Shown here one piece after another: positions 1 to 12,569 of a stretch of DNA of 64,000 bases. Every line of letters starts with the position of its first letter. Positions within the stretch are counted from its first letter, which is position 1. Under the pieces are notes generated by a model. The model saw nothing but the letters and a program-made list of their open reading frames with translations, ran no database searches and had not been told where the DNA came from. Position numbers and translations under genes: made by a program. The DNA comes from Phyllosticta citribraziliensis (Eukaryota): positions 1,178,001-1,242,000 of the forward strand of contig NW_027117342.1 in assembly GCF_038025025.1 (NCBI RefSeq), written 5' to 3'.

Positions 1-270
1 AACATTTTTGGTGCACCAAGACCTCAACCTCTCCGCAAAAAGGGCATTTTTTCACGATCCCGCAGTGGCGGCAGGCATGCAAGAAAACAATGCCGGTGGA
101 TGGTGGCCCTCCACATCGGCTCCTCGGATTACCCATGATGCAGCCAAAAACATCCCGCTGCGGAATCTCGGTTTCAGCGGGAAGTCCCTCGGGACTTGTC
201 ATTAGTTAAAAGTCATCGTTGCTGTCTCTTCGTTCAGTAAGCAACCAGCAACTCTACTACGATCAGCATT

Positions 271-816
271 ATGTCGGCAGGCAAAGATATCCGTCACCCG
301 AAGCGCTATATTACCGGCCACGATGCCTCAGGCAAAGAAATCTTCGAGAACGAGCTCGACGAGACCCTTCCCTTCACTCCACTTCCAGGCGATGCGGACT
401 TTGGCCTTTGCTACACGACCAAGGGCTTCCCCGTCGAATTGAACGGCAACGCAGACATTCAAGTCTACAAGAGCTTTCTGCAGAATCCGCCCGGAATCAC
501 CGTCTCGAATGGTTCGGTCATCCGCATGGTGGACATGCCTCCAGGAGCAACGTCGCCCATGCACCGAACCGTCAGCCTGGACTACGGCGTGGTCCTCGAG
601 GGCGACATCGAGCTCATTCTCGATTCGGGCGAGAAGCGCCTGATGAAGCGCGGCGACATAAGCATCCAGCGCGGAACAAATCATGCGTGGAAGAACATGA
701 GCGACGAGCACTGGGCACGCATGCTGTACATTTTGCTGCCCGTGCATCCGATTGAGATTGGCGGTCAGAAGTTTGGAGAAGCATCCGACATTCCAGGCGT
801 CAGACCATCGGACTAG
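271..816 (+). CDS. Cupin-domain protein (Cupin_2-like), single exon, 181 aa
   Basis: RYITGHD N-terminus and cupin motifs PMHRTVSLDYGVVLEG / GDISIQRGTNHAW. Confidence 0.9.
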   Translation: MSAGKDIRHPKRYITGHDASGKEIFENELDETLPFTPLPGDADFGLCYTTKGFPVELNGNADIQVYKSFLQNPPGITVSNGSVIRMVDMPPGATSPMHRTVSLDYGVVLEGDIELILDSGEKRLMKRGDISIQRGTNHAWKNMSDEHWARMLYILLPVHPIEIGGQKFGEASDIPGVRPSD

Positions 817-1328
817 GGAGGACGACGAGGCCCGAGTAAGGTGGTGGAGTGGATACCATGATGTACAGAGGCATGGAGGATGTGGGTCTATGGGAGAAGC
901 GCAGGCCGTCGGTATCCGGGTGAAGGACAGTGTCGACGTTGTGTTGGTGGGCGACGAGGCTGACAATTGGCAAACTTTCGATTAGTTGACAGCAGGAGAA
1001 TAACAGAAGAGAGTACCTAATAATGCATCATGGGTTCTGGACAAGCAGACATGTGGCGGGGACGGTTAGAAGGACGGACCAGGATGATGGTGGGAGAGGC
1101 GTGGAGGGGAAAGAGGGGCGGCACTGCAGTGCAGGCACAGGGTCCGTCACAGCTGCTCGACCTGACCTGACGCTTAAAACCAGACACCCCCTGCCACCTC
1201 TCTTTTTGCGGGGAACAACTTCGACGTCCTCTCGACATCTCTCAGGTACACGCGCTCCTTCGTTGCTCGGTAGCTATCCGTCGATTGCCGCCGGATGCCT
1301 ATCACCTCCCCCGCCGTACCGCTCTCCC

Positions 1329-4300
1329 ATGGAAACGTCGGCCGAACGTCCAAAAGGCCTCTTTCAGTGTACAGAATGCAAGCGCAGCTACACTCGAGTT
1401 GACCACCTTGCCCGCCATGTCAGATCTCGTTTGTGTCTCCTCCCCCGCTGTAAACGTCGTACAAATTCTCATCCAGCCTCTAGATCTGCAAGAAAAGCCC
1501 TTCCAATGCGACGTCTGCCACAAGGGCTTTGGGAGGCCGTACGTCCAACCCTGCCTCTGCGTCCTTCGAAGCTGACGGGCCACCCTTGCCAGCGACTTGC
1601 TCAAAAGACATGCAACGTGCCATGACACCGACGCAAACGGAGCAAAGAGACAGAAGCGCACCTTGGTCCAGAGCTCTCGCGTCTCACAGGCCTGCAAGTC
1701 TTGCGCCTACGCCAAGTTGAAGTGCGAGGACGAGAAGCCTTGCAAGCGCTGCCGCATCAAGGACATAGAGTGCGAATCAAATTCCGACCATCGAGCAAAT
1801 GCGGCTACGAGTCAGCCCTCGGGTATGCTGCCCTTGCCTCCTAGTTGTGTTGGTCGAATGCTCCTCTGACACTCGCCTGCAGTTCTCTCCCCACCAAAAC
1901 CGCTGAGCCATACAGAGACCACCAGCTCCATTATAGATTCAAACGAGAACCAGATGCCCACGCCCACTACTCTGCTAAACGCATTTGAACTCAGCAGCGA
2001 CGAATCACCATTAGCCAACCCCCGGGTAACTACTTTTCCAGCTTCTTTGCCCTCGGTAGCTCCACTGCGAGGAGAGCAGTCTTTTTCTCAAAACATGCCA
2101 TTGAACGAGAACCAATTCTCCGACTTTCTACGAAGCGTCCTGACCCCAAACGACGCGGGCTCACTTAGTCCCGCGCATTGGGATTTTGAACCTCGCAATG
2201 TTCTAGACTTCACAGTGGAAGACGACCTTTCCTTTGATTCCACCGACTTTGGCTTGCTCGACGCTTTCAATGGCAAGCCTCACAACTTGAACGAAGATTT
2301 CGTGGCCCCAGAATCATCAAGCGCTGCTTCTCAACCCGATATGAAGCAAACCTCGGGAGCATCCCTTGACGAACGCGGACGTGTGGCCCTCGGCACCGAA
2401 GCTTTTCACAGATCCTCCCTGGTCCGCTGGCACCCCCAACACGAAGGATCGCACATTGAGATGGGGAAAATATCCGTCCCCAAAACTGACGCCACGTCCC
2501 CAGACGGCAGATACAGATCTGAGCAGCACGTCCTCAGTGAGCACCTGGACCAGAGCGCACGAGATCAGTTGTTGGCAGCCATTCTCAATGCCTGCGACTC
2601 GGCTAGCATAGGCCGTGTTGTTTCATCATTTCCCACCACCGAGCTCTTGGACGACTTTTTGCAATGTTTCTTCACCAGCTACTCTACGCGTGCCGATTCC
2701 TACATACATGCACCAACCTTTTCACCCAACGCCGCGACCCCTAACCTTCTCGGAACCCTTGTAGCCTCAGGGGCTCTTTTCACAGAGATAAGAGCTCTTC
2801 AAAGGCTAGGACACGCTATCCAGGAAGCAGTCAGGATCGCCATCATCCACGAAATCGAGAAGCGAAACGCTCTCACAAGGGAACTATGGCTTTTGCAAAG
2901 TTTCATGCTGATGCTGCAGAACTTCCTCTGGGCAGGCAACCGGCGGAAGATGGAGGTTGCGGAAAGCCAGCAGCAGCCTGTGTACACGGTAGGGAATCCC
3001 AATATTTCAAGTGCTGGCTGCTGACGAGTGCAGATGATTCGTCGAGCTGGTAGGTTCAAAAAGGCCAGGATGCCACCTATCAGCCCGTTTCCTGGAGACA
3101 CTGGCGAAGTGCTTCACAATAAATGGCTCGCCTGGATCGAGCGCGAATCCTTCCGCCGTCTCGCATTCCACGCATTTATTTACGACGCGCAATCCTCCAT
3201 GTGTGTCTTGGTCAATCCGGTCATATCCTACGGCGAGGTCTCAATCCCACTCCCCGAACCTCGCGAGCTGTGGGCTGCAGAAACCGCTGAGCAGTGGAAA
3301 GCCGCGTATCTTTCTCTTCCACCCGGTTTCCAAGATCGTCAATTTTGTATTTTGGATTGCTTGAAGGATCCAATTCTGCTCGCAACGTTGCCTCATTTCC
3401 ACGACACGCAATTCTCCACCCTCGCCATCCTTCATGGCGCATGGGGAATGGTCTGGGAGTTCAGCCAACTTCAACTTACCACACGTTCTAGGACTGGCCC
3501 ACACAACAGCTCGCTTGTGATGACACACCGCCACGAAGAACTCTGCCAGATACTCCACCAACTTCGCGTGAACATAAGCTCCTGGCCGTCTTATGTTCAA
3601 CCTTGCCCTGAGATTCAGCTGTTGCTGGAACTTCAAATGATGTACCTACACGCCAACATGGAAGATATCCAGCTGTTTGGCGGCAAAGAAGATCAGGATG
3701 AGGCACGCCGCGTCTTTCCGGGCCTCCAGCAATGGACGAACGATTCCTACGCCCGACAAGCAGTCTGGCAAGCCAGTCGAGTGCTTCTAGTGGCTCGGAC
3801 CTTTCCACGCAAAACGCTCCGCGATTTCTGGGCCATCGCCGTATACCACGCATCCCTCGTTCTTTGGACATATGGCGTCATTAGACATGCTACTTCTATT
3901 AGCAAAAGTACTCCAATGGCTGGCAACTTCCCCGCGACTTCTATCATGGATACGAATCTTGGACTGTCTACTCAAGGCATCGACTCCGAAGTGTGGCTCG
4001 AAGGCCCCGAGTCTGCGGATGTGCAGCGATTCATTGCCCTCGGCCGCGGGAGACCGTGCATCAGCGCCATTTCCAGCTCGGAAGGAAACGCTTCATCATC
4101 CGCACCTGAGCTCGTTTCCATCGAAGACTCGGAAGCAGTGATGAAAGAGACGTCGGAGGTGCTGAGGAGAAATTTCTTGGGAGATGATGAAGATGACGAC
4201 CACGATATGCGCCGGTTGGGTTGTAGCCTAGGCATGAGCTTTGGATTAGGAGCTGGAGGCAGTGATTCCGAGGGCATTGTGCCGTCGCTGGTTGAAAACC

Positions 4301-4353
4301 TGGTGCAACTGATGAAGGACTTGGGCGTTGCGGCTGGACAGGTCCAGCGGTAG
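1329..4353 (+). CDS. Transcription factor with two C2H2 zinc fingers, a Zn(II)2Cys6 cluster and a fungal-specific TF domain; about 5 exons
   Basis: Spliced reading gives FQCTECKRSYTRVDHLARHVRSH and FQCDVCHKGFGRPDLLKRHATCH (C2H2), then ACKSCAYAKLKCEDEKPCKRCRIKDIEC (Zn2Cys6). YIHAPTF and ERESFRRL are middle-homology motifs. GT-AG introns at ~1429-1483, ~1539-1592, ~1823-1882, ~2989-3033. Confidence 0.9.
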
Positions 4354-6248
4354 CTGAAACCAGGGAGAAGCATTTCTCTCCTCATTTTGGATGCGTGCGA
4401 GGAAGAACTGGATAAGCTCAGCACATCCAGGTACAGGATCCTCCAAAGCATTTGGACCAGCATGGATTTGATACGACGGAATTTTGGCGCGGCATTACAC
4501 GGAGCATGTATACCCTTTGTATCTGCATTTGCGCGGGTGGCTCTTCTTTCGCTGCTGCTGTCCCCGGATATTTCTGCTTACGGAAGTTGGTCATGGAACT
4601 GCGGACTGTGGACTGCTCGGTGATATACACGACTACACCCCCGCCGTAAGACTTGGGGTTGGATTTTAAGGCAAGCCTCGACGTCTTATAAGAATGCCGC
4701 ATTCTTGATCTTCTGATCTTCTGGCATCTACAAAAAGCATTCCAGTTTCTCAAACAAACGACCATTTATACGTTCAGTTTGTTTTGTTGTCACTTTTTCT
4801 CTCGTCGTTTGCCATAGTGCCACCAACACTCGCAGTGATTCTGGTCAACATTAGCACCTCAAACCAATATCATCCACCAGCTTCGCCCAACCCACTGCGT
4901 ACCCATCGATCTATGCATTTCCTCCTTCTCCACAGCCAATCCGCCTACTAAAACGCACTCGTCCACCAACGCGCGCCCTCGCCAGCCCTACCCCGTCGAA
5001 ACACTCTACCCGCATCCACCTACCGAGCGACAAACTAGCCGCAGTGGCGCCTCCGTACCCCTCAGCAACCTAGCGGGCCGACCGATCGTACAGGGAGTCG
5101 CAACGGGCAAAACACGAGGTGTTCGTTTTACTGCCTTGCCCACGGAGCCGAGGTGGCCCACATCGGTCCCCGGGCCAGCCAGCCAGCCGACGGGACGGAC
5201 TTGTTTGCTGTCTGCTTGCTCGTGACGGCGCACTCGCGCTCGGATCTGGAGGGTGCCGATCATGCCGGAGTGAAATTGGCAGGTTGGAGATGACCGAGAG
5301 GTAGGGGAAAGCCGTGATGTGTTGCGCTGTGGGTGGTTCTGGCGCCACAGCCTGCAAAGGCACTCTGAGGATTTGTGGACGTCCCTGCAAGATTGAATCA
5401 CCCACTCACTACTAACCCGCGCAGCTAGCTACCTTGGACAAACTGCCAACCAGCCACCCACTGCTTAGCAAAATGAACACCTTGACCAAGACCGAAAAGT
5501 CCCCACGCGCATTGCAGCCTGCCACACGTGCTAGCGCCGCTTCCAATTACCCGCAATCTCCCTGCGCAAGCCTAGCATCAAACGCGCACCATAGTGCTGC
5601 CCATCAACGGCACCAGCCGTCGAGCAGCAGGGGGAAACAGAGCAAAGTGTGGGGTAAAAGTAAACCGAACTCTCACCACGCGCCTGAGCCGAGAGTGGTG
5701 GCGTCAGTGGCGTCGGAAATGCCGCTGGCCGCAGCTCGTCGCTAAAAATGCGGGGAAGCTTAACTGGGCCGATGGGGTATCCTTGAGTGTGTTCTGGGGG
5801 TTGGGCTTTGCAGGGATTGAGGAGATGACGGGAGAGTAGTTGATGAAAGGGTTTGGTCGATGAGTTCGACTTCCCTCGAATTGCTAGGAGTACGGTGAGT
5901 GCCGAAAGTTGGGAGATCTGATCTTGCGGTTGTAGGTAGGTAGGGAGCGTTCAGTCGCTGGCATGGTTGCGCCTAAGGAGCAGTTGTCCGCTATCACAGT
6001 TGCGCTCGAGGAGCTATCATCCGCCACAAAAATTGCGCTCAGGAAGCTGTACGTGGAAACGTTTAGAGAAGAGGGAGTTGACAGCAGATGAAGGATCAAT
6101 TTCGATCATGTACATACACTCAAAAGCTGCGCCGCATCACGCGCAGCGCGCAGAAGTTCCCGTTTCCAAATTCAATGCAAGAACTGCACACCTTTATCAC
6201 TCACTCCAACACAGGCCCGGACCTGAGCAAAAGCCAGTAACCACATTT

Positions 6249-8208
6249 CTACTCGCCGACCTCGCGGTCCTGATCCCAATGCACGCACGAGCGCACAATG
6301 CGCCATTTCCACGTGGCGTGGCGGATGCGCTTCCCGTAGAAGTAGAAGGGGATGAAGCCCAGAATGACGGCGCCAGTGATGCCGGCCATGGCGCCGAATG
6401 CGCGCTCGTAGCCGTCTTTGTTGATCCACGGGTTGGTGTAGAAGGAGAGGAGGAAGCCGAAGGCGGCTGTTGCGAGTCAGTTGAGTTCGCTGAAGTGCTA
6501 GACAGGTCTTGGGGAGAAGGGGAAGGGATAGGGGGACGCACATTTGAAGCCGAGCTGGCTGACGGTGATTTCGCCCGCGACGGGCCGGTACGCATCGATG
6601 GTGTAGACGAGCGAGATGTTGGTAGCTTGCACGATGGAGAAGTTGACTGCCCATAAACGTCAGTGCGAAATACTCGAACAACAAAGAGGGGGCGGCAGCT
6701 TACGAAGTCCCAATCCCACCGTCGCACACATCCAATGCAGTCTCAACCCGACACCCTCACCATACAAAACCAGACTCAGGGGTGCTGCAACCAAACTGAT
6801 GGCCATAGCAGGTAAACGCATCTCCGGCTCCCTGACGCCGCCGTTCCGGCGCGTCAAGTAATCTGCACACCAGTCGCCAACGTGGCCGCCGAAGAAAATG
6901 CCCAAAGCAGAGCCGATGAGGCCGGATATGAAGCATAAGCCCGACTGCCACGCCTCAAAGCCGTATGCCTGCGCAAAGGCCGTTGCGAAGTTGGAGCTAA
7001 TGGCTATCACGAAGCCGATGGTGACGGACATGACGAGCGTTGCCCACAGCACCGGCGGCAGCAGGAGTAGCATCACGGGCCGAATGAAGAGCTTGAACAT
7101 TGGCTCGCGCGTATGTATGCCTGTGTAGAGCCGCAGCGTGTCCCAGTATGTCATTTGGCCTGCGGGCTTCCTTCGGTGAGCGCTGGTAGTTGTGGGTGGT
7201 TTGGGCACTGGAGCTGTGGTATTGGACGCTGTATTCTCCAAGTGCCAAGTGCGGCCTTCTTCCTTGGAGTCTGAGGGCACCTTGGCGAGCTCCTCGTCGA
7301 CGGCCTCGAGCTCTGGCTTGAAAGTGTCGGCGCTGTCGGGCGAGGGAATGAGGCCGCTGCGATCGAATTCCGTCTCTGGAAAGGTGAAGATGACGAGAGC
7401 CGTCGTCGCGCCAATGAGAGCTACCGAGACCCAGTAGATGTACCGCCAGTCGTGCTTGATGGTGATGAGGCCCGATATGATGATGCCACCGCTGACTCCA
7501 GCACTAAGGAAGCACGTGTAGATGCTGTATGCTGTTAGAATGCGAGTACAACAATAGGGGGGATGAAGGGGCGTACGCCATGATAGCTCCTCGCTCATGG
7601 AGAAAGAACATGTCAGAAATGGTCAGGGGCGCCAGACATTCGGCAGCCCCGGCGCCAAATCCCATGAAGATCCTGGCCGCCAATTCACTGTCGTAGCTCG
7701 TTGCGCCGCCGGCCCACGCCGCGCACACCGTGTACATAGTGAAAGACAAGACATAGGCTGGACGACGCCCGTACTTGACGACCAGGGGCATCCAGAAGAG
7801 GTTGCTCATGCCCTGCATCAGCGCCGACGTTGTGAAAAAGTAGGCAATCTTAGAGATGTGGTGCTCGAAGCCTGGTCCAGGTGGCCCGTAAAAAGCCATC
7901 GTGATTTCCATGATGGCGACCGTTGGCCCCGCTGCCAGGAAGTTGGCAAAGAAGATGGCCAGAGATAGTAGAACGGCTATGTAATATCGGTAAGATGTCG
8001 ACCTGGTGCAGAGTCAGTAGAGTTTTAGTATGCCTTTGCGTCCGACTCACCAACTCAAAGGATCTCTTGGGTCATTGGACGGCGTCGGAATGAGGATAAT
8101 GTCATTAGTGTCTTCATGACGGAGGCGCAGACTGCCGAGCGTATTGTGTTTGACGAGGTCTTCCTTTGGACGGTCCGTCGTCAGTCGTGTAATGCCTTTG
8201 ATTGCCAT
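6249..8208 (-). CDS. MFS transporter (DHA1/HOL1-like), multi-exon
   Basis: N-terminal ILIPTPSNDPRDPL, motif A-like KYGRRP, DMFFLHERG, WRYIYW, REPEMRL and several hydrophobic helices. Ends YGKRIRHATWKW...DREVGE*. Confidence 0.88.
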
Positions 8209-8902
8209 GGTTGTTGGAGTAGGCAACGGTAAAGCCAGCGGAAAGCGTAGGTTTTGGGAGCAGGCGCTGACTAGTTAATATCAAAAACCCAAAACAGCTC
8301 CGATGGCACACTTGAGCCAGCTCCGACATGAGATCTGCAGGCCCAAACAACCCCGGACCAATCTAGTATGGTCATATCAGTTTAATGCCGTGTGCAAATC
8401 CCATGGAGAAAGCAACGTTGAATGTGCGCGTGCTGCATGTGGGCATCCGACACGCGCGGCCCTGATGCCCGTCTGGGGCGCTCAGGCCTTGACCCCGAAC
8501 GCGCCACAATGCGGGGCCCCAGACTTCGGGGAACATCCGTTCAGATAATCGTTGTCGTCGTCCAGTTCGTAAACCGGGTAGCGTTGCGGGATCATCCCAG
8601 AGCTTCTTTGGGCCGTTACCGAGCCTCTTCTTTTTCGTCTCCTCTAGGCATGTCGGCCACTTTGTGTCTTCGGACGTGGTCCCGTCTCGGAACCTAGCTC
8701 CTCACTAGCTCCGGCTATGGCTCCGACTATGGAGTTGTGACGGCGTGCGCATGTCCAATGTCGCTTTTTTGCTGAATTCCGGCGGCTGGTGTATTTTTCT
8801 ATTTTGTTTAAGCAGTCTTGGATCCACTCGTAGCGCGCGTCCACCAGTGTGGATTTTGGAACACGCACGCTTTTTTGCAGAAGCTTCGCATGCGCCAACC
8901 CA

Positions 8903-10401
8903 ATGACTTCACCAATTACATGGCAGCATGATGCAGACTACGAAAGGGCCAGGATTGGTCGGGTCTTCAACTACCGTAGACCAAGCCGATATCCCATCGC
9001 CGTTGTCGAGGCTTCGGAGGAATCCCACGTCGATGAAGCAGTCCGCCTCGCCATCCAAAAGCAATGCCAGATCTCGATCCGCTCTGGCGGCCACTCCTGG
9101 GCCGTCTGGAGCGTGAGGGATGATGCGGTACTCCTCGACCTTGGCAAGTTCAAAGAGATCGAGCTCGACGAAAAGACCGGCATTGTCAAGGTGTCGCCTA
9201 GCGTCACCGGGCGCGAGTTGAATGATGTTCTCCAGAAAAAAGGCGTTATGTTCGCCGGCGGCCATTGTCCTGATGTCGGTCTTGGTGGGTTTCTCCTCCA
9301 GGGCGGTATGGGATGGAATTGCAAGGTATTGGGAGCATTCAATATCAGTTCCAGCGACGTGGGTCAAGGCTGACTCGAAAGGCAGAACTGGGGCTGGGCC
9401 TGCGAGCAGATTGTGGCCATGGACGTGGTGACAGCCACAGCGCAAAGGCTGTGCTGCTCTGAGAACCAAAACAGTGAGCTCCTTTGGGCAGCCAGGGGAG
9501 CTGGACCAGGCTTTCCAGCTGTAGTTACACGATTCCACCTGCAGACAAGACCTGCGTACACCTGCATGCGGTCATCAGCATACACGTATGCGAAAAAAGA
9601 CTTCAAAAAAGCTATGAACTGGATCCTCAGCGTTAGTCAAGCCATCCTTACCTAGTCGTTGGAGCGGCTCGAATGTCGGATTTACTGACGAGTCGTGTTA
9701 AGATTTCCGCTTCTTTTGACCCAGATACCGAGGTAGCTGCCGTGGGAGCATTCACGCCCGAGTCCGCCGAACCGTACACTACAATACTCTTTGTGACCTT
9801 TAAGAACAGTGAGGAGGAAGCGCTTGCTGCGTTGAAGCCTGCAGAAGACAGTCATCCTCCTGGCGCGGTTGCGTCCTTTTTCTTCAAGGAAACCAGCATC
9901 TCCAACGAGTACATCGATCAGGGTGCCGCCAATCCAAATGGGTATCGATACCGCGTCGACAACGCGTACATCAATGACGATGCCGATGTTGTCGATGTGC
10001 TCGAGGACGCTTTTACCACTTTACCCACAAGGAAATCATTCTCACTCTGGTTGAGCATGGCGCCCGGAAGTAGACGTCGATTGAGGGACATGGCGCTCAG
10101 CATGCAATCTGATCATTACTTTGCGACATATGTCATGTATGAAGATGCGGCCGACGACAGTGTAGCGTCAAACTGGGTCCAGTCAATTATGAAAAAGGTA
10201 GAAAAGCATTCGGAGGGTGCATATCTTGGCGATGCCGATTTCCAGTGTCGAAAGACTCGATTTTGGGGTAACGAGCAGGGAAGGCGGCTGATGGATTTGC
10301 GACGCAAGTGGGATCCCAACGGTCGTATTTGCGGTTACCTTGATGCTGGCGACGGGTCAAGGGTCAATGGCTTGCCGAATAAGCACGAGTGGAAGCTGTA
10401 A
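8903..10401 (+). CDS. FAD-linked oxidoreductase (FAD_binding_4 / berberine-bridge-like), 3 exons
   Basis: IRSGGHSW (putative covalent-FAD His), GHCPDVGLGGFLLQGGMG, LLWAARGAGPGFPAVVT, C-terminal GAYLGDAD...KWDP. Introns at ~9326-9385 and ~9632-9701. Confidence 0.9.
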
Positions 10402-10931
10402 ATCCAACAGACCTGGTACACCAATCCGACTTTGTATAAATGTTGCTTTGACATCTCTGATTGGTTCGTGTGGAATTGTCAACCTGAATCAGCACGATGG
10501 GCGAGCCTGCGGTTGAATGACCATATTCTCTTCTCAGCCCAAATGTGGTTGGTACCTCTCGCACATGAAATGTCATCCGGTGTGGCCAAGGACTCATTCC
10601 GAGTGACCGCGACGTTGACCCGGTCACACAATGTGGTCCAACTCTCCACCATCGGGTTTTCCGAAACGGTAGAGGGAGTGGGATCGGGCAGCTGACGCGA
10701 CTCGGGCCGTACCCCCCACAAAAACACTGCCCGTCAAAAGCCTACCCCGTCCCGGAGGAGTCTGTTACAGCATCCTTCCCTTTGTCAAAGCAATTCGTGT
10801 AACACTCCAAGACGTCGGAATTCCCGCCTCGAAAATCCGAGTCGTTCAAGAGCCACTGAGGTGCCCAAACGAGAGCGCATTATCTGCTACCGCACTTCCA
10901 GGAAAGTCCGAGTCTAGAACGAGCGTAAAGA

Positions 10932-11696
10932 ATGGCGGATGCAACACTATTGGGGAGGGTAGCCATCGTCTCGGGCTCCAGTTCCGGGATTGGGGCCAGC
11001 ATAGCGAGGGAACTTTCGGCGCGTGGAGCCTCCGTCGTCGTCAACTATCCGCACGCCCAGCTATCAGATGAGGCGCACAATGTCTCAGAGAGCTTGCAGA
11101 CTCCGTCTATTGCGGTCGAGGCCGACATGTCGAGCACTGGCGGTCCAGCCGGACTTGTCGAATCCGCGGTTGCAAAGTTCGGTCGTCTTGACATTGTGGT
11201 AAACAATGCGGCCTTGGCAGTGAATGCCCCACTGGAGGAGCTGACGCTAGATCACTGGGACAAGCTGGTCAACCTCAACGGGCGGGGGGTCTTCCTCTTG
11301 ACGCAGGCAGCGCTGAAGCACATTACGCACGGTAGCGGTCGCATTGTGAACATTGTGAGCGTCTCTGCGAGGGCCGCTCCGCCAATGCAGACCATCTACG
11401 CCGGGACGAAAGGCATGGTCGACTCGTTCACACGGTGCTGGGCCAAGGAACTTCCGCCAAAATACGGTTGCACAGTCAATGCTGTGAGCCCGGGGCCAAC
11501 AATGACGGAAGGATTCCTTGCAGCTGGCGAGGAGGCCATGAGAATCCTGCAACCGACCATCGATGCTACTCCAGTGGGAAAGAGGATGGCGGATCCGAGT
11601 GAGATTGCGTATGCTGTTGCCTTTCTGTGCGAGGAACGGTCTAGATGGATCAATGGGGAGCACCTGTTTGCGAACGGCGGCCTGTTTGTCGACTGA
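10932..11696 (+). CDS. Classical short-chain dehydrogenase/reductase (FabG-like), single exon
   Basis: SGSSSGIG Rossmann motif, VNNAA, catalytic YAGTK, VNAVSPGP, WINGE. Confidence 0.93.
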   Translation: MADATLLGRVAIVSGSSSGIGASIARELSARGASVVVNYPHAQLSDEAHNVSESLQTPSIAVEADMSSTGGPAGLVESAVAKFGRLDIVVNNAALAVNAPLEELTLDHWDKLVNLNGRGVFLLTQAALKHITHGSGRIVNIVSVSARAAPPMQTIYAGTKGMVDSFTRCWAKELPPKYGCTVNAVSPGPTMTEGFLAAGEEAMRILQPTIDATPVGKRMADPSEIAYAVAFLCEERSRWINGEHLFANGGLFVD

Positions 11697-12569
11697 GAAG
11701 GAGAGCAATCAAGACAACTTCCCCATTGGGACCGCTGTGTGAATCGAGGTGGTATCTCAAGAAGAGATAGGACGGTGGTACTGGTCGTGACCACCGTGAA
11801 CAACGGAGGACAGATCATGCTGGGAGCGACGAAAGAGACAGTTTTGATGAAAAGAATGGTGAAACTGATGGCACACCACAGATCAGAGGGATGCGTTGAA
11901 AGTGGTGTTGAGATCGGACGCACAAGTCCGAGGGCCTCCCGCCGCTCGGTCTCTTATCGCCGGCAGATGACGTAATGACCACGGCGGCTAAGCCAAAATA
12001 GTAGCACGAGTCGATGGGCGCTTCCATCACTGCGGTGGGTGTCGAAAGAAATGAGACGTCGTTCACTGCAATAATTGTGCCTAGGGGAGCAGTCTTCGGC
12101 TATGACAGTGACATCAAAAGCAGGTGTCTGGCATCACAGATGTGCCTGAAAAGAATCTCAATATTTGCTTAAGCAGGCTCAGCACACAAAATTTACTCAT
12201 CCAGAAATCCTTCCAAGCCCGATGCATGAATCAGGAGCTACAGTGGCCCCTTCTTGTTCAGAAGTAAAGTTAAGAGGTGCAGAGGAAGGTAAAGAAGTGA
12301 AGCGAAGCAGACATCAGCCATAAAACAAACAAAGGCTACGCCCAAATGCAGAACAAGGACCCATGAACATGCCAGGGTGAGAAGCGAAAGAAAAGTCATA
12401 GCTTCGAAAAGCTCGAGTAGAAGAGAAATCCGGACCCCAGTATGCCTGAACCAGCGTCATTTAGCCAGCCGTGTACGGACAAAGTCATCCCAGTTTGCGT
12501 ATTTCGGGAAGAAAAAGAAAAAAGTCAACATGAATCATAAGACGAGCATTGCTCCCGCATCTTAGTTGT

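Noticed and set aside
4400..6200. Short ORFs between the TF and MFS 3' ends
   Set aside because: Low-complexity translations without motifs or splice support.
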